Shown here piece by piece: positions 16,601-26,100 of a DNA stretch of 52,334 nt. Position numbers and translations under genes: made by a program. The stretch's first letter is position 1, and each line of letters begins with the position of its first letter. This DNA is from a virus. Taxonomy: Duplodnaviria > Caudoviricetes. The stretch spans positions 1 to 52,334 of IMG/VR virus record IMGVR_UViG_3300021356_000025; one strand, 5' to 3'. Below the pieces are notes generated by a model. It ran no database searches. It saw nothing but the letters and a program-made list of their open reading frames with translations, and was not told the origin of the DNA.

Positions 16601-18775
16601 TGATGGAAGATTTATATCCCTATCCAAAGAAGATATGTCTATAAATGTAAAGGAATCACTAAACGATTTTGTCAGACTAGCAAAAGTAGAAACTTGTGTT
16701 AGTGTAGAAACTGTTTCTGTGGGAATAGTTCTTCTAAGTCCTAGGTCTTGTGCATCTAGCATGCTGAAAGTATCTGACTTTGTAGCATCGTAAGCGTAAG
16801 AAGACTCTTCAGAAATACTTAAACTTTCGTCTCTACTCACGCCATACGAAGAAAACATATTTATAGCTGTAGCAGCGCTAAAGTCGTCTGTTTTAGGCGT
16901 TGTTAAACCACGCACAGCATTTTCTGCGATAGAAGCAGAATGATCAAAGATCCTAATAAAGTCAGTAGAGGTGGTTAGAGAGTCTCCTATCCCAAAAGAC
17001 GAACCGGGGAACACGTCTCTATCTAGGTTACTTATATCCTGTATTGCAAATGAGTCTGTAAAAGATCTTGAAAGCGTAGCAAATGTGCCAACTGCAACAA
17101 GAGTGTCTATATCATCGCTAACCGTATTATAGTACTGCGGATGCGTGACAAACACTGTTTCTGCAGACACTTGCTCGGTTTTATTAAGAGTAGGCTTCAG
17201 TACTGTTGCGTCCGCTATATCAAAAGTATTTGAAACAGCCTTATCAAATGCGAGGGTTGATAGTTCAGACATTCCAAAACTATCTAAGGTTTCTTTAGTA
17301 AACAACCGAGTATCTGCATCAGATACAGATATAGAGTTAGCTACGCTTCTTTCATATATAGCAGTTAATGTAGCTTCTTCCGCTAGATTAAAGTTTTCAG
17401 TTTTACCCATGTTAAACGTTAAAGTATTAACATCGGCTATACCTAAAGAGTCACTAGCTTTTTTAACTATCCTTAATAAGGACTCATCAGATATAGCAAA
17501 ACTATCGGACGCGTCTCTAGAAAAAGCGAATCTATCTATTAGTTCAGTTAATGCAGATATACTTGCGTATTTTACAATAGACTCTATTTGTAAAAAATCA
17601 CTGAGCGCTTGAACTGCTACATGCGTATGCTCTACAGATACGGTAACTTTTTTAACCGCTGGTTCTGCCTTAACTAAAGATACATCAGCAAGTATAGTTT
17701 TATAAGTAGCAATATTTTGTATATAAGTAAAATCAACTAATGCTCTAGCATCAGACCTAATAACCGTTTCGCCGGCCTCTTGCTCTTGTTCAGCCGCTAA
17801 ATCTGCCGCTAACTCTTCGGCAGTCAAAGGCAGCATTTGTTCTAAATAATTTTCTATTTCTTCAGCAGTAGTACGTATCGAGCCGCTAGCTATAGAGCCT
17901 TGTATTAAAGATTGGCCTCTCATGCCAAAAAGATAACGTAGTATTAGGAGGCCATCGGTAAGGGCGTCAAAGTTATCATTACCATCAATGTCCAAATGAG
18001 CGGCTATATACGCTGCATTCTCTTCTACTTCTACTACACTTAAAGGGCTATCTGTCGCTATAGCCCCCCTCCACAACGGCTCTCCTCTAAGGCCAAATGC
18101 ATATCTAAGCATCATTAACCCATCGGTTAAGGCATCAGCATGACCATTGCCATCGACGTCGTAAGAAATGTGCTCTATTTCTAGCGGGTAACTTTCAGCC
18201 CTAAAAACATAACCCGCGTCTGTATGATAAGGCGTGAAGTTTAAATCGGTAGTACCTCTAGCATCCCTATCTACCGCTACGCTAAATCTAACAGTTGCTA
18301 GATGTATTGATTCAGAAGAGCTTGTTGGCCACGTACCGCCCTGTGTAGGTAGCCAGCGTGCACTTACGACTCTATCAGTATTATCATCATTGTCTATGTT
18401 ACCAAACACTGTTTCACTTCTATCAGCCATAGAAGCGTTATCAAACCCGTCAGTAAATACAGGCACTAAGCCTATAAGTGACAGTTTAGAACTATCATAG
18501 TGAAGGTTAAATCCTATGCCCGCAGTTGCACTGTTTGTAGGGGTAGTGCTGTAGCGTATCTCAATTGTTAAAAGGTCTTGGCCGACATACGCTGATGGTA
18601 AATTACTTATATCTAATATCTGAGCGGGGATATTCGGGTCGTAGACAGCCTCGCCATAGTCTAGCTTTACGCCTGTGCCTGAAACTGTATGGTAAAAATT
18701 AGTAGCGCGAGGGGTAGTGACGCTAACTAGCGCTCTCGGTTTAGAGTAGGCTCCGAGAACGGATCGATAGGTCAT
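13634..18775 (-). CDS. Large repetitive S/T/D/F-rich virion fibre protein with inserted cohesin-like and dockerin-like domains
   Basis: aa ~55-200 cohesin-like (GIGFNLHYDSSKL..LATVRF..DLNFT); two DxDGN..DALTDGL..LRY.FG repeats; then ~1350 aa of degenerate repeats. Confidence 0.7.
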   Translation of the reverse strand: MTYRSVLGAYSKPRALVSVTTPRATNFYHTVSGTGVKLDYGEAVYDPNIPAQILDISNLPSAYVGQDLLTIEIRYSTTPTNSATAGIGFNLHYDSSKLSLIGLVPVFTDGFDNASMADRSETVFGNIDNDDNTDRVVSARWLPTQGGTWPTSSSESIHLATVRFSVAVDRDARGTTDLNFTPYHTDAGYVFRAESYPLEIEHISYDVDGNGHADALTDGLMMLRYAFGLRGEPLWRGAIATDSPLSVVEVEENAAYIAAHLDIDGNDNFDALTDGLLILRYLFGMRGQSLIQGSIASGSIRTTAEEIENYLEQMLPLTAEELAADLAAEQEQEAGETVIRSDARALVDFTYIQNIATYKTILADVSLVKAEPAVKKVTVSVEHTHVAVQALSDFLQIESIVKYASISALTELIDRFAFSRDASDSFAISDESLLRIVKKASDSLGIADVNTLTFNMGKTENFNLAEEATLTAIYERSVANSISVSDADTRLFTKETLDSFGMSELSTLAFDKAVSNTFDIADATVLKPTLNKTEQVSAETVFVTHPQYYNTVSDDIDTLVAVGTFATLSRSFTDSFAIQDISNLDRDVFPGSSFGIGDSLTTSTDFIRIFDHSASIAENAVRGLTTPKTDDFSAATAINMFSSYGVSRDESLSISEESSYAYDATKSDTFSMLDAQDLGLRRTIPTETVSTLTQVSTFASLTKSFSDSFTFIDISSLDRDINLPSSFGIGDTLTTSTIFKRIFNSTYSITELLSMDFSLAAAEDTVSANINFAMFPLYSTTSSDSFGLDDSVITKMFKAADASLFSMTDAVTKRFTIPNQEQMSASEFISPFFGYTRSFSSTVDITDAALVGSNFGSTSSNTFGMADVITTSTVYNRSHDDAFSFEDPFSYKYTTPKEDSFSSDDVVTFIPVYKNIVSNSLGLDDSVFRKLFKSSEVEPVSIAETSSLLFLANKNDSIQTSVNVNTFKVFSRSLTSAISIIDFSDIDKTARPDDSFNFADVLTTSTTYNRPLSHSAPIVEHLAYSLNKSFSDSQQADEVLTVMPVYKEIISNSVSVGDLNTLSISLDKNDAVTIAESNVLSVTKNNTETLGTEVDLASFATYTRSLDSVFAMDDSVSVGNDFGAVKDNNFGMGDSASTSTTYSRPFDHPITIKEDVDKATTKAASSTFTSPEELLLMFIAASSSFSDAFSMGDSSALDLTKIVSDAASIADFSAINPTKGIVDSVAKSETLGLFKAQSRSFTDAITILDELDFSSAFGEFSNFSVVDVPTTKATYVREINNTPVTFSDAHSFEFDINTSDSLSAAAYAVVHSDYSNSQEDSFGMTESSNYTFNMGPESPFTIVEVSSKTVGKEFTDAQSTDEHFSTFKVQTLSRSDGITLADQGASISDNRDKFDSFGVGDSATTTTTFVRPISDSYSFTDQPKLDITRPVDTDTFSTEFDFKPFISYEQGINDSITILDAPEISSAGTKTDSASMSDESNYSFTRFIGTETITPSEFASIFASNKRSFTDTFAMDDTFSIDNTELGKANVFGVSDTPTLTAVYNRDFSSSFSFSDAVDYDLTKNLADSISNSENLSVFKKITLPLSSSFTILDAITSKAFTTGLTKVHLFGVNDTPTLQVSYVRKLGVSGIYSYAQEDSSFGVTDFVRVGGSLRINELQTTSVIVTSLVNYNRPLPADSFTFAETVVTTLTTGSGLASRTVNSGAINSTVIN

Positions 18776-19149
18776 TAATCAAAATCACTGCGCACTTTAA
18801 ATTTAACTAGATCATGTACGGTCTGCTTACCGCCGCCCGAGAAAGTGATTTCAAGTTCGCCTTCATAAGTGCCTTCCTCAGTGAAAGGATCGCTAGTGAA
18901 TGGCGCCATAACTTTACCGGCTGCTAGGTCAACAGCGGTACAAGTTATAGTTTTATCTATAGTAGTAGAGCCAACTTTGCGTATGCGTAGGACAACGCTA
19001 GAGTTAGTTAGTACCAATGGGGCCCATGTATCAGAGTCGTACTCGTCTAGCGTTCTACCAGTCGCGGCAGTACTGCTGTCTTTTAGACTAAAGTTTAGTT
19101 GCGGTAGCGTATCGCCCGTAACCATTTTTATAGTATCTGAATAAGCCAT
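18775..19149 (-). CDS. BppU-N-like virion adaptor protein
   Basis: GDTLP.L...L.D...G.Y.GE.EITF..G..QT pattern; coupled to the giant gene by TAATG. Confidence 0.6.
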   Translation of the reverse strand: MAYSDTIKMVTGDTLPQLNFSLKDSSTAATGRTLDEYDSDTWAPLVLTNSSVVLRIRKVGSTTIDKTITCTAVDLAAGKVMAPFTSDPFTEEGTYEGELEITFSGGGKQTVHDLVKFKVRSDFD

Positions 19150-19163
19150 CTTGTGTACCTATA

Positions 19164-19511
19164 TTAGTAAGCCCAAATAACTGGAGTAGTTTCTCTTATA
19201 TCTACATGCACGAAAGTTTTGGCAACACCTATACCATTAAAGCCTAGTTTCAGTGCGTTCTCTATAATGGCACGACGCTCTACTCCGCCCTTTACAGCTA
19301 TGTCAGCGGCAATCCCCTGTCCGTGAGTGCCCGGGGCTTTTTTTCGTTTTTCGATTGGATGTTCTTCTGGATCTCTATAACCGCTAGTTACAATAAAAGG
19401 AAACCCGCAAGCTTCACGAAGCTCATCCAAACGGTGTATAAACTCTTCTGACATTTCATTATTGCCAGTTACTTGGCAATCGAAATCTTCTATCTTAAAA
19501 TATTTAAACAT
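19164..19511 (-). CDS. Endolysin, peptidase M15A family
   Basis: YF...F.C, L..LR, TSGYR, H..G.AADI, FVHVD.R. Confidence 0.88.
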   Translation of the reverse strand: MFKYFKIEDFDCQVTGNNEMSEEFIHRLDELREACGFPFIVTSGYRDPEEHPIEKRKKAPGTHGQGIAADIAVKGGVERRAIIENALKLGFNGIGVAKTFVHVDIRETTPVIWAY

Positions 19512-19513
19512 AT

Positions 19514-19795
19514 CTATCCTTTAAATAACCAAGTTACATATCCAACTAATGCAGCCCAGATAGAAAAAAATACTTTCTCAGCTGTCTTAGCCGTAGCGGC
19601 ATTCTTCGCTACAACTTCTGCCGTTTCTTCTATCTTCTTTTCATTCTCGTCAAGACGCCACTCGTGTCTTTTGAGGCGAGCGTTCTGCCCGACAATCTGT
19701 TCTTCAACGCGTGCTAAACTAGTCAAGACGTCTGTGATCTTATCAATCTTAGTCTCTAGACGGTCTAGCCTTTTTGTTACTTGTGGATCAGTCAT
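19514..19795 (-). CDS. Coiled-coil protein with C-terminal TM (XhlA-like holin/antiholin candidate)
   Basis: Heptads RLDRLETKIDKI followed by a hydrophobic C-terminus; lies in the lysis cassette. Confidence 0.55.
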   Translation of the reverse strand: MTDPQVTKRLDRLETKIDKITDVLTSLARVEEQIVGQNARLKRHEWRLDENEKKIEETAEVVAKNAATAKTAEKVFFSIWAALVGYVTWLFKG

Positions 19796-20166
19796 TTACG
19801 CAAACTCATTATTTTATTAACGCCTTTGATCCCGAAGCTGCTCGAGATGGCTATAAACAGTAAATATTGATACCATTCTGGTAGCTCTGACAATGCTGCA
19901 AAACTTTCTTTGACCCGATCCACTACGGTCATGTCATTCATAGCTATAGCATAGCCTACCATAAATATAGGTACAGACAATATTATAGTCCAAAATTCGT
20001 CTTTCCACGAGTTACCTGACGCTTCTGCCATCTTAGATTCCCAGTTAGCGTCATTTTTTATGGCTTCCATCTTTCTGTCGTGGACGGCTTTTTTCTCTTC
20101 TGCTTTGTTGGCTAGATACCCTTTAGCTAAATTAGCAACCGGCCCTATTAAATTTAAAAAACCCAT
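19792..20166 (-). CDS. Putative holin
   Basis: SWKDEFWT, two TM segments, LPEWYQYLL..SSFGIKG; adjacent to the endolysin. Confidence 0.65.
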   Translation of the reverse strand: MGFLNLIGPVANLAKGYLANKAEEKKAVHDRKMEAIKNDANWESKMAEASGNSWKDEFWTIILSVPIFMVGYAIAMNDMTVVDRVKESFAALSELPEWYQYLLFIAISSSFGIKGVNKIMSLRK

Positions 20167-20175
20167 AATAATTTC

Positions 20176-23100
20176 CTATAGCTGATTATAAATCGGTATC
20201 AAACGATCCTTCAATGTTCTATCTATTGAGAAACCATTTTCTAAAATTGTATCTACTGTCTCAGCAGTAGGTCCTAAGAAAGGCAGTATAGCATCCGGTG
20301 CGAAACCTTCTATGCCTTTGTCATCCCACTTAGCGTTTTGATGTGACATAGCGCCTAGTGTAAATATACCTAAGAATCCTGACTTATCAATTACTTCACT
20401 TAAATAAGTAGGCCAGTCCATACGATCTGTACGGAAGTATTTATTATCTGTCTCAACGCCGGGCAGTACTGCTGCCAAGCTCTGCTTAGTATATTCTCTT
20501 AATTCCATGCCTAACATAGCCAGCGGCATAGTTGCGAGAGCAGTAATAGCTAATACAGAAAGTGTAGCCGTCAACTGAGGCATACCCTGTCCGCCCATTT
20601 CTTTTCTTCTAGAGACCATCTCTCTATAAATACCGCCCATGATTACTTTGCCGTATGCATAGAAATAAGACTTAAGCTGCCAAACAAGTGCCCAGTGTGG
20701 ATCAGAAGCCCATACCGGTCTTTCAGCTGAGTTTGGTCTTAGTATCGACGATTCAACAAAACGCTGTAATCCACGTTTGATTTTCTTGCCTTCGGGGGTA
20801 GTGAACTTTCTACCACTATTATTCCATGCCATAACTTCTTTAGCAGTTAGACCTAGCTCCTGTAGATACCTTTCAGATCTTGGGTTATCAAACTCATTAC
20901 GTGCATGTTTTAAGATAAACTTAACGCCCATACCAGCTGCAAACTCTCTTGAGAAAGTTGTAAACCACTGCAAAGCCGTGTACTTAAAAAATACATCTGA
21001 CATTTTTCTTACTTTAGGATCCATATAGTCAAGCTCAGCTTGAGTAACCCATGAGTTAGCTACAATCTCATTTGTCACTACACCCAAGTCCCTAGCAAGT
21101 TGTCTTGCTTCGGCACGGTTTTTAATAGTGGCTGGTATTTGTTTTAGTCCTTCTACTAAACCGCCGAACTCTTTTGAGTTAATTACAGGGCCTGCAAGTT
21201 CAGGTAGTGACGCAATAGCCGCAAAAGGTAATATAGTTATAAACTGCAAGAATTGACCGTAACTATTTACCTTTCTCCACATTGGGCTTAGTGGATTGGT
21301 TTGGTAACCCAAATGAGTAGCAATAATCTCTTGGACAACTTCTTTGTCTTCGGGAGAAAGCTTGTCCATTTCTGCCTCAAGTAGGTCATTGCCCTGCTCG
21401 TCTTTAGTATGTTTATTCCATTCCACACGTTTTACAACATGCCTTACATACTGTACAAATGCATCTTGTGGCTCGTGTAAGAAGCCCGCATTGTATAGGC
21501 TTCCTCTGTTTACGTTTAGCGTAAGTTGTAGGGCTTTTTCTACAGCTACTGCTGGATCAGTACCGTCTATCTCTATAGGCTTACCATCAGCTACGCTCTG
21601 GTTGTATCTTAGTACAGCGTTAATAGATTTTCTTACTTCGGCTTCGTTAGCCGTTGGGTCTTGCTGCATTATTAATTCTACAAACCCGTCTAAGTTTTCC
21701 TGTATAGCCATTAAGTTAAGAGCTGTAGGGAAGTAGTTTTGCTGACGACCTATATCAGTATTAGACGGGGCTATGTAATCGTCATAAATACTTTCTAAGA
21801 ACTTACGAACTTGTTGGGCTTTTGGAGATAGCTGATCGGTATCTTCATCGCCCATAGCCTCAAGTAATGCAGCTTGGACTTCGGGGTCATCCATAGAGCC
21901 AACTTGCTCTTCAAATTTATTTTGGAACTCAGCTATCTGTCTAGCTGACGCTCCTACAAAACCTAACCCGCCATCTGCATCTGGGTCTTGAGAGCGTATG
22001 TAGAACATGTCAGCAATTTTTCTACCGCCGTGCAAACGCATAATACCATCCGCCGTTCTTACTATCTTCATTAAGGGGCGTAGTTTAGGATTACGCGCAA
22101 TGTCTGCAAGTGCCCCTCGCCAATGATCGGCAAGTGCCTCACCGCCCATCTTAACAACGGCCTGATTAACTTCCTGTACCATAGCTTTCTGTACGAAGTT
22201 AGGGTTAGCGCTAGTGCCAGCTGTTTCGTAACCTTTTTTCTTGGCGTCTACAACTGCCTCGATGTAGGTTTCAAAGTCTTGAGAAGTGTTACCTAAACGA
22301 CGTTTCATCGTTCTAGTAAACTCCCTATACATAGCTTTTAGTTTTTTCGCTAGCTCTTTAAAATGTTTATCCGTTAGAGATTTTGCTTGTTTGTTGATAA
22401 ACTTCTTAGTTGCCCATCTAGCTACTTGATCTGCATACCACTCTTCAAACGCTAATTCATAGTCATAAGCATTTAGATAGTTTTGGTATCTAGGGTCTTT
22501 TTCAAAAGCTCTAAGCAGTCTAGCTCTTAACGCTGGGTTAGCTGTAGCCGCCGTCATCTCTTCTCTAAATAATGCGTGTCCAAACTCGTGCGCCAGTACA
22601 GCTGCATCTCTGAGAGTATTGCCTGATTCATTTAAAATAATTAAATTAGCTTTGCTGCCTGAATCAAGAAGAGGAACGTACATACCTCTTAAATTGCCAT
22701 TACTCTGACGCATTCTATTAACGGAATCTAAAATCCAATTTACATTCTCTGCGCCAAACTGTTGCTCTAGCTCGCCCATAGTCATATTTACTAGATTTTC
22801 ATAAGTAAACACTCTTGGTGGGTTTTTTAATTTTATAGCTTTTCGCAGATTGTTTATCAGACCCACTAAAAACGACTCTTCTACCCCAGCAACTACTTCA
22901 GGCTCAGCTCTTGTGCTGGACTCCGATTGAAGTCTATCCCGTATCTTAGTCATAATTCTTGGGAACTCTTGGCGCCAGATACCCCTGTCCTGATTATGTG
23001 TTATCTCAGCTGATCCGGTATCTAAAAGAGCCTGTCTAGCTTCTGGGTTCTGTGCCAACGATGCCTCAATTAGCTTTTCCATTAAATCAAGGTTATATCC

Positions 23101-26100
23101 GTTTTTTGTGTTGGCTGACTTTTTACCGACAATCTTCCTCCCGTTTACTCTAGCTGGAGGTAGTCTGTTGTAAGCATCATAGGTGACCTGATCAAACTTG
23201 CCGCTTTTCAGAGTTTGATAGGCATGTTCGACTGATAAAAACTTATATCCATTGTATTGAAATGGGCGGTACGCTAGGTTACTAAGGATAGTGTTTTCAC
23301 CAGTCCCAAAATAGATATTTACCGGTTCGCTCTCAGGCTCAGCTTGCGGTCTGTTAGGTTGAGTAGGCTCAGCTTGCGATCTGTTAGGTTGAGTAGGCTC
23401 AGCTTGGTTGTTAGTAGTAGGTGCTCTACCTGTGCGTCTGTCTGTTTGACGATTTGCGTCTTGTACAGTTTCTGGCTGATCGAGCATTCTATCAACTTCT
23501 GAACGTCCGTCCGTCTCTTGGACTTGATCAGCTGGATCAAATTCCTCATTAACTCTACTGGTCTCACGGCCCATGACGTCTCTTTGGAAGCGCTCGAACG
23601 CATCCATAGCTTCATCTGTACCGGACTGGACAGCTACTCTTTCACCAGTTGGCCTTCCTTCAGAATCGACATCTTCCGCTATAACAGCTTCAGGGCGTTG
23701 TTCAGGAATAGTCTGAGGGGGAGAAAGCAGTTCACCTAAAGTAACTTCTTTCCCGTTTATAACAGCAGCTACTGTGCTGCCTTGATAGTCAGGGACCGGT
23801 TGATTGCCGAGGTCAAATATTGATTCGCCGGATACAACTACATCATATCCTTCTAGTCGTAGTTCTGTAAGTATCTCTTGTAAACCTTTTCTAGCAGCTT
23901 CAAATGGCGTTTGACCTTCGAATTTGCCGTCACCACGGGCTGATGCTAAGCGCTGACCCGCTCGAGTAAGATCAGCTAAATTTACTTTAATACGCTTGCC
24001 ATCTGGCGTTACTAAAACTATGTTTTTAAACTTACTTTTCTTAGCTATTTTAATAGCTCTGTCTAGGAACTCCGCTTCTGTAACGCGATAAACTTTCTTA
24101 TCGACAGGGTCTACCAACTCTATTAAGTTTGAATCAAACGATGTCCTTACAACCTCAAACTTACCGTCGCTATTTTTTCTAATTGATACAACTGCGTTTT
24201 TATTGGCACGTTGTTGTCTTACAGCTTCTCTTAAAGTACTTTCTGAAACTTCGCCTATCTCAGCAGTATCCCATTCTTGAGCGCCAAATGTGGCATCATA
24301 ATCATCTCTTGCTTCTTGAGTGTTATCAAACACTCTAGACCGATCTGCTTTAGGCTCGTAAGTCCCTGTAACAGTTTCTTCGCCCTCTATAGTTTGTACG
24401 CCTTCTTGATTCTCTTGATTTTCTAGGTCAGTTTCTTGGTCAACCTCTGTTTGGGGGGCGTCCTCAACATCTTTAGGTGATCTTTTTTTACCTTGAGTCA
24501 ACTTCTCAGCTGCTGCGGTTAAGTCTGCTAGTCCTATCTTTACTTTAGTACCGTCAGGTCTAGTAACTGTAACGCTTTTAAATTTACTACCTTTTGCTAG
24601 TTCTATAGCGTCAAACAAATCGTCTTCGTTCATTTCACGGATGGAGTCGTCAACGTCTGCATCTCTAATATCAGGCCCTTGTTCTTGCTGATATTTTTTA
24701 GCTCTAGTTTCTAGCGCCTGTTGAAGAGTTGTGACGTTTACAAAACCGCCGTCTGGTTTTAGCCCTTCTGCGTTTTGCATCGCTTCTTGTAAATTTTCTT
24801 GGCTAGTAACCTCTTCTGAAACGACATTTCCATTTACATCAAATGCCTGTACAACTATATCCGAGTTGCCTACTTCGCTTTTAGATTGACTATACCCAAG
24901 TGCTATGGCGAGTGCGCCGTCACTAGCTCTAGATTTTATAACCTCTTGAACAATGCTTTTATCAGTAGAGATGATGGTACCTCTACCGGGTATAAATGCT
25001 GCAAAAGCGCGTTTACCATCTACGGTTACTGGAGTAGCTGTATTGGTGCGAGCTTTAAGAGCTGGAGTATCACCCGCTTGCCACACTGATTTCTTAGTGC
25101 TAGTCGGGTCTACCATTGCTTTTAATTGAGCGTTTATGTCTGCTTGGGACTCTGGAGTAGTAGTCCCTGACATGACGTCGCCATACTGCTCGCCGTCAAC
25201 TGTGTCATTTATGTCTTTGCCCCTTTTCTCGTCCATCATACGGCGGGCCTTGTCCATAACATCAGCTGTTGCGTCAAGAACGCCTGCTTCTGCTACTTTA
25301 CGTACTCCCGTAGCTACGACTGTACCAGCCCCACCAACAGGTGCGCCACCCATAAACCCGCCAAACGCTGCTTCTGCTAAACGGAGTTGCGCTTCTTCAG
25401 CAGTGTAAGTGGGGTCCAAATCCATTCTATTTAGGATGCCCAGACCTTCTTGTGTGAATTCTGTAGTACCTTCTATAGCCCCAGTTCTTAAGGTATTAGT
25501 GGCAACTAGTTTAGCAAAGTCCCCAAAAGTAGAGCTCTCTTTAACAGCTCTCTTTTTAGCTATATTGCCAAGCAGTTTTACTATAGCTACTTCACCGGCT
25601 ACGCCTATCGTAGCTTGAGGTAGGCCCACCAACGCTGCTCTAGCCGCTTGACCTTTGTCAAGCTCTTGGCCAGAGTCCAAAGCTTCACCTAAGTTAGATC
25701 CAGATAGCGGTATATACTCAGCTGTAAATGCGCCGCCTATGGTACCGTTTCTGAAAGTTCTATATAAAGAGTTCGCTAAGTCTTTCTCATCTGGGGTAGC
25801 CGTACCTTTTATGGTTCTTTGTATAGAGTCACGACCGATTCGCTCAGCAATCTTTTTACCGGTATAACCTACACCTTTTTTACCTAAGACGGCTACAACG
25901 CCACCAACGCCGCCGGTTGATACAGTTGTGGCTATACTAGGTACGGCTTGACCACTGAACTTAACAGCTTGTTCAATAAACCCAGTTACAGTTGGTTGTT
26001 CTAAAAACTCACCGAACGTGTCCATGTCTTTTACTGCAAGACTAGCGCTCTCTTCCAACCTTCTGGCTTCGGCTATGTTGTCGGCTATAGATTCTTCGTC

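Noticed and set aside
10792-18775. Diversity-generating retroelement acting on the fibre genes
   Set aside because: No reverse transcriptase motif and no near-identical TR/VR pair differing at adenines was seen.
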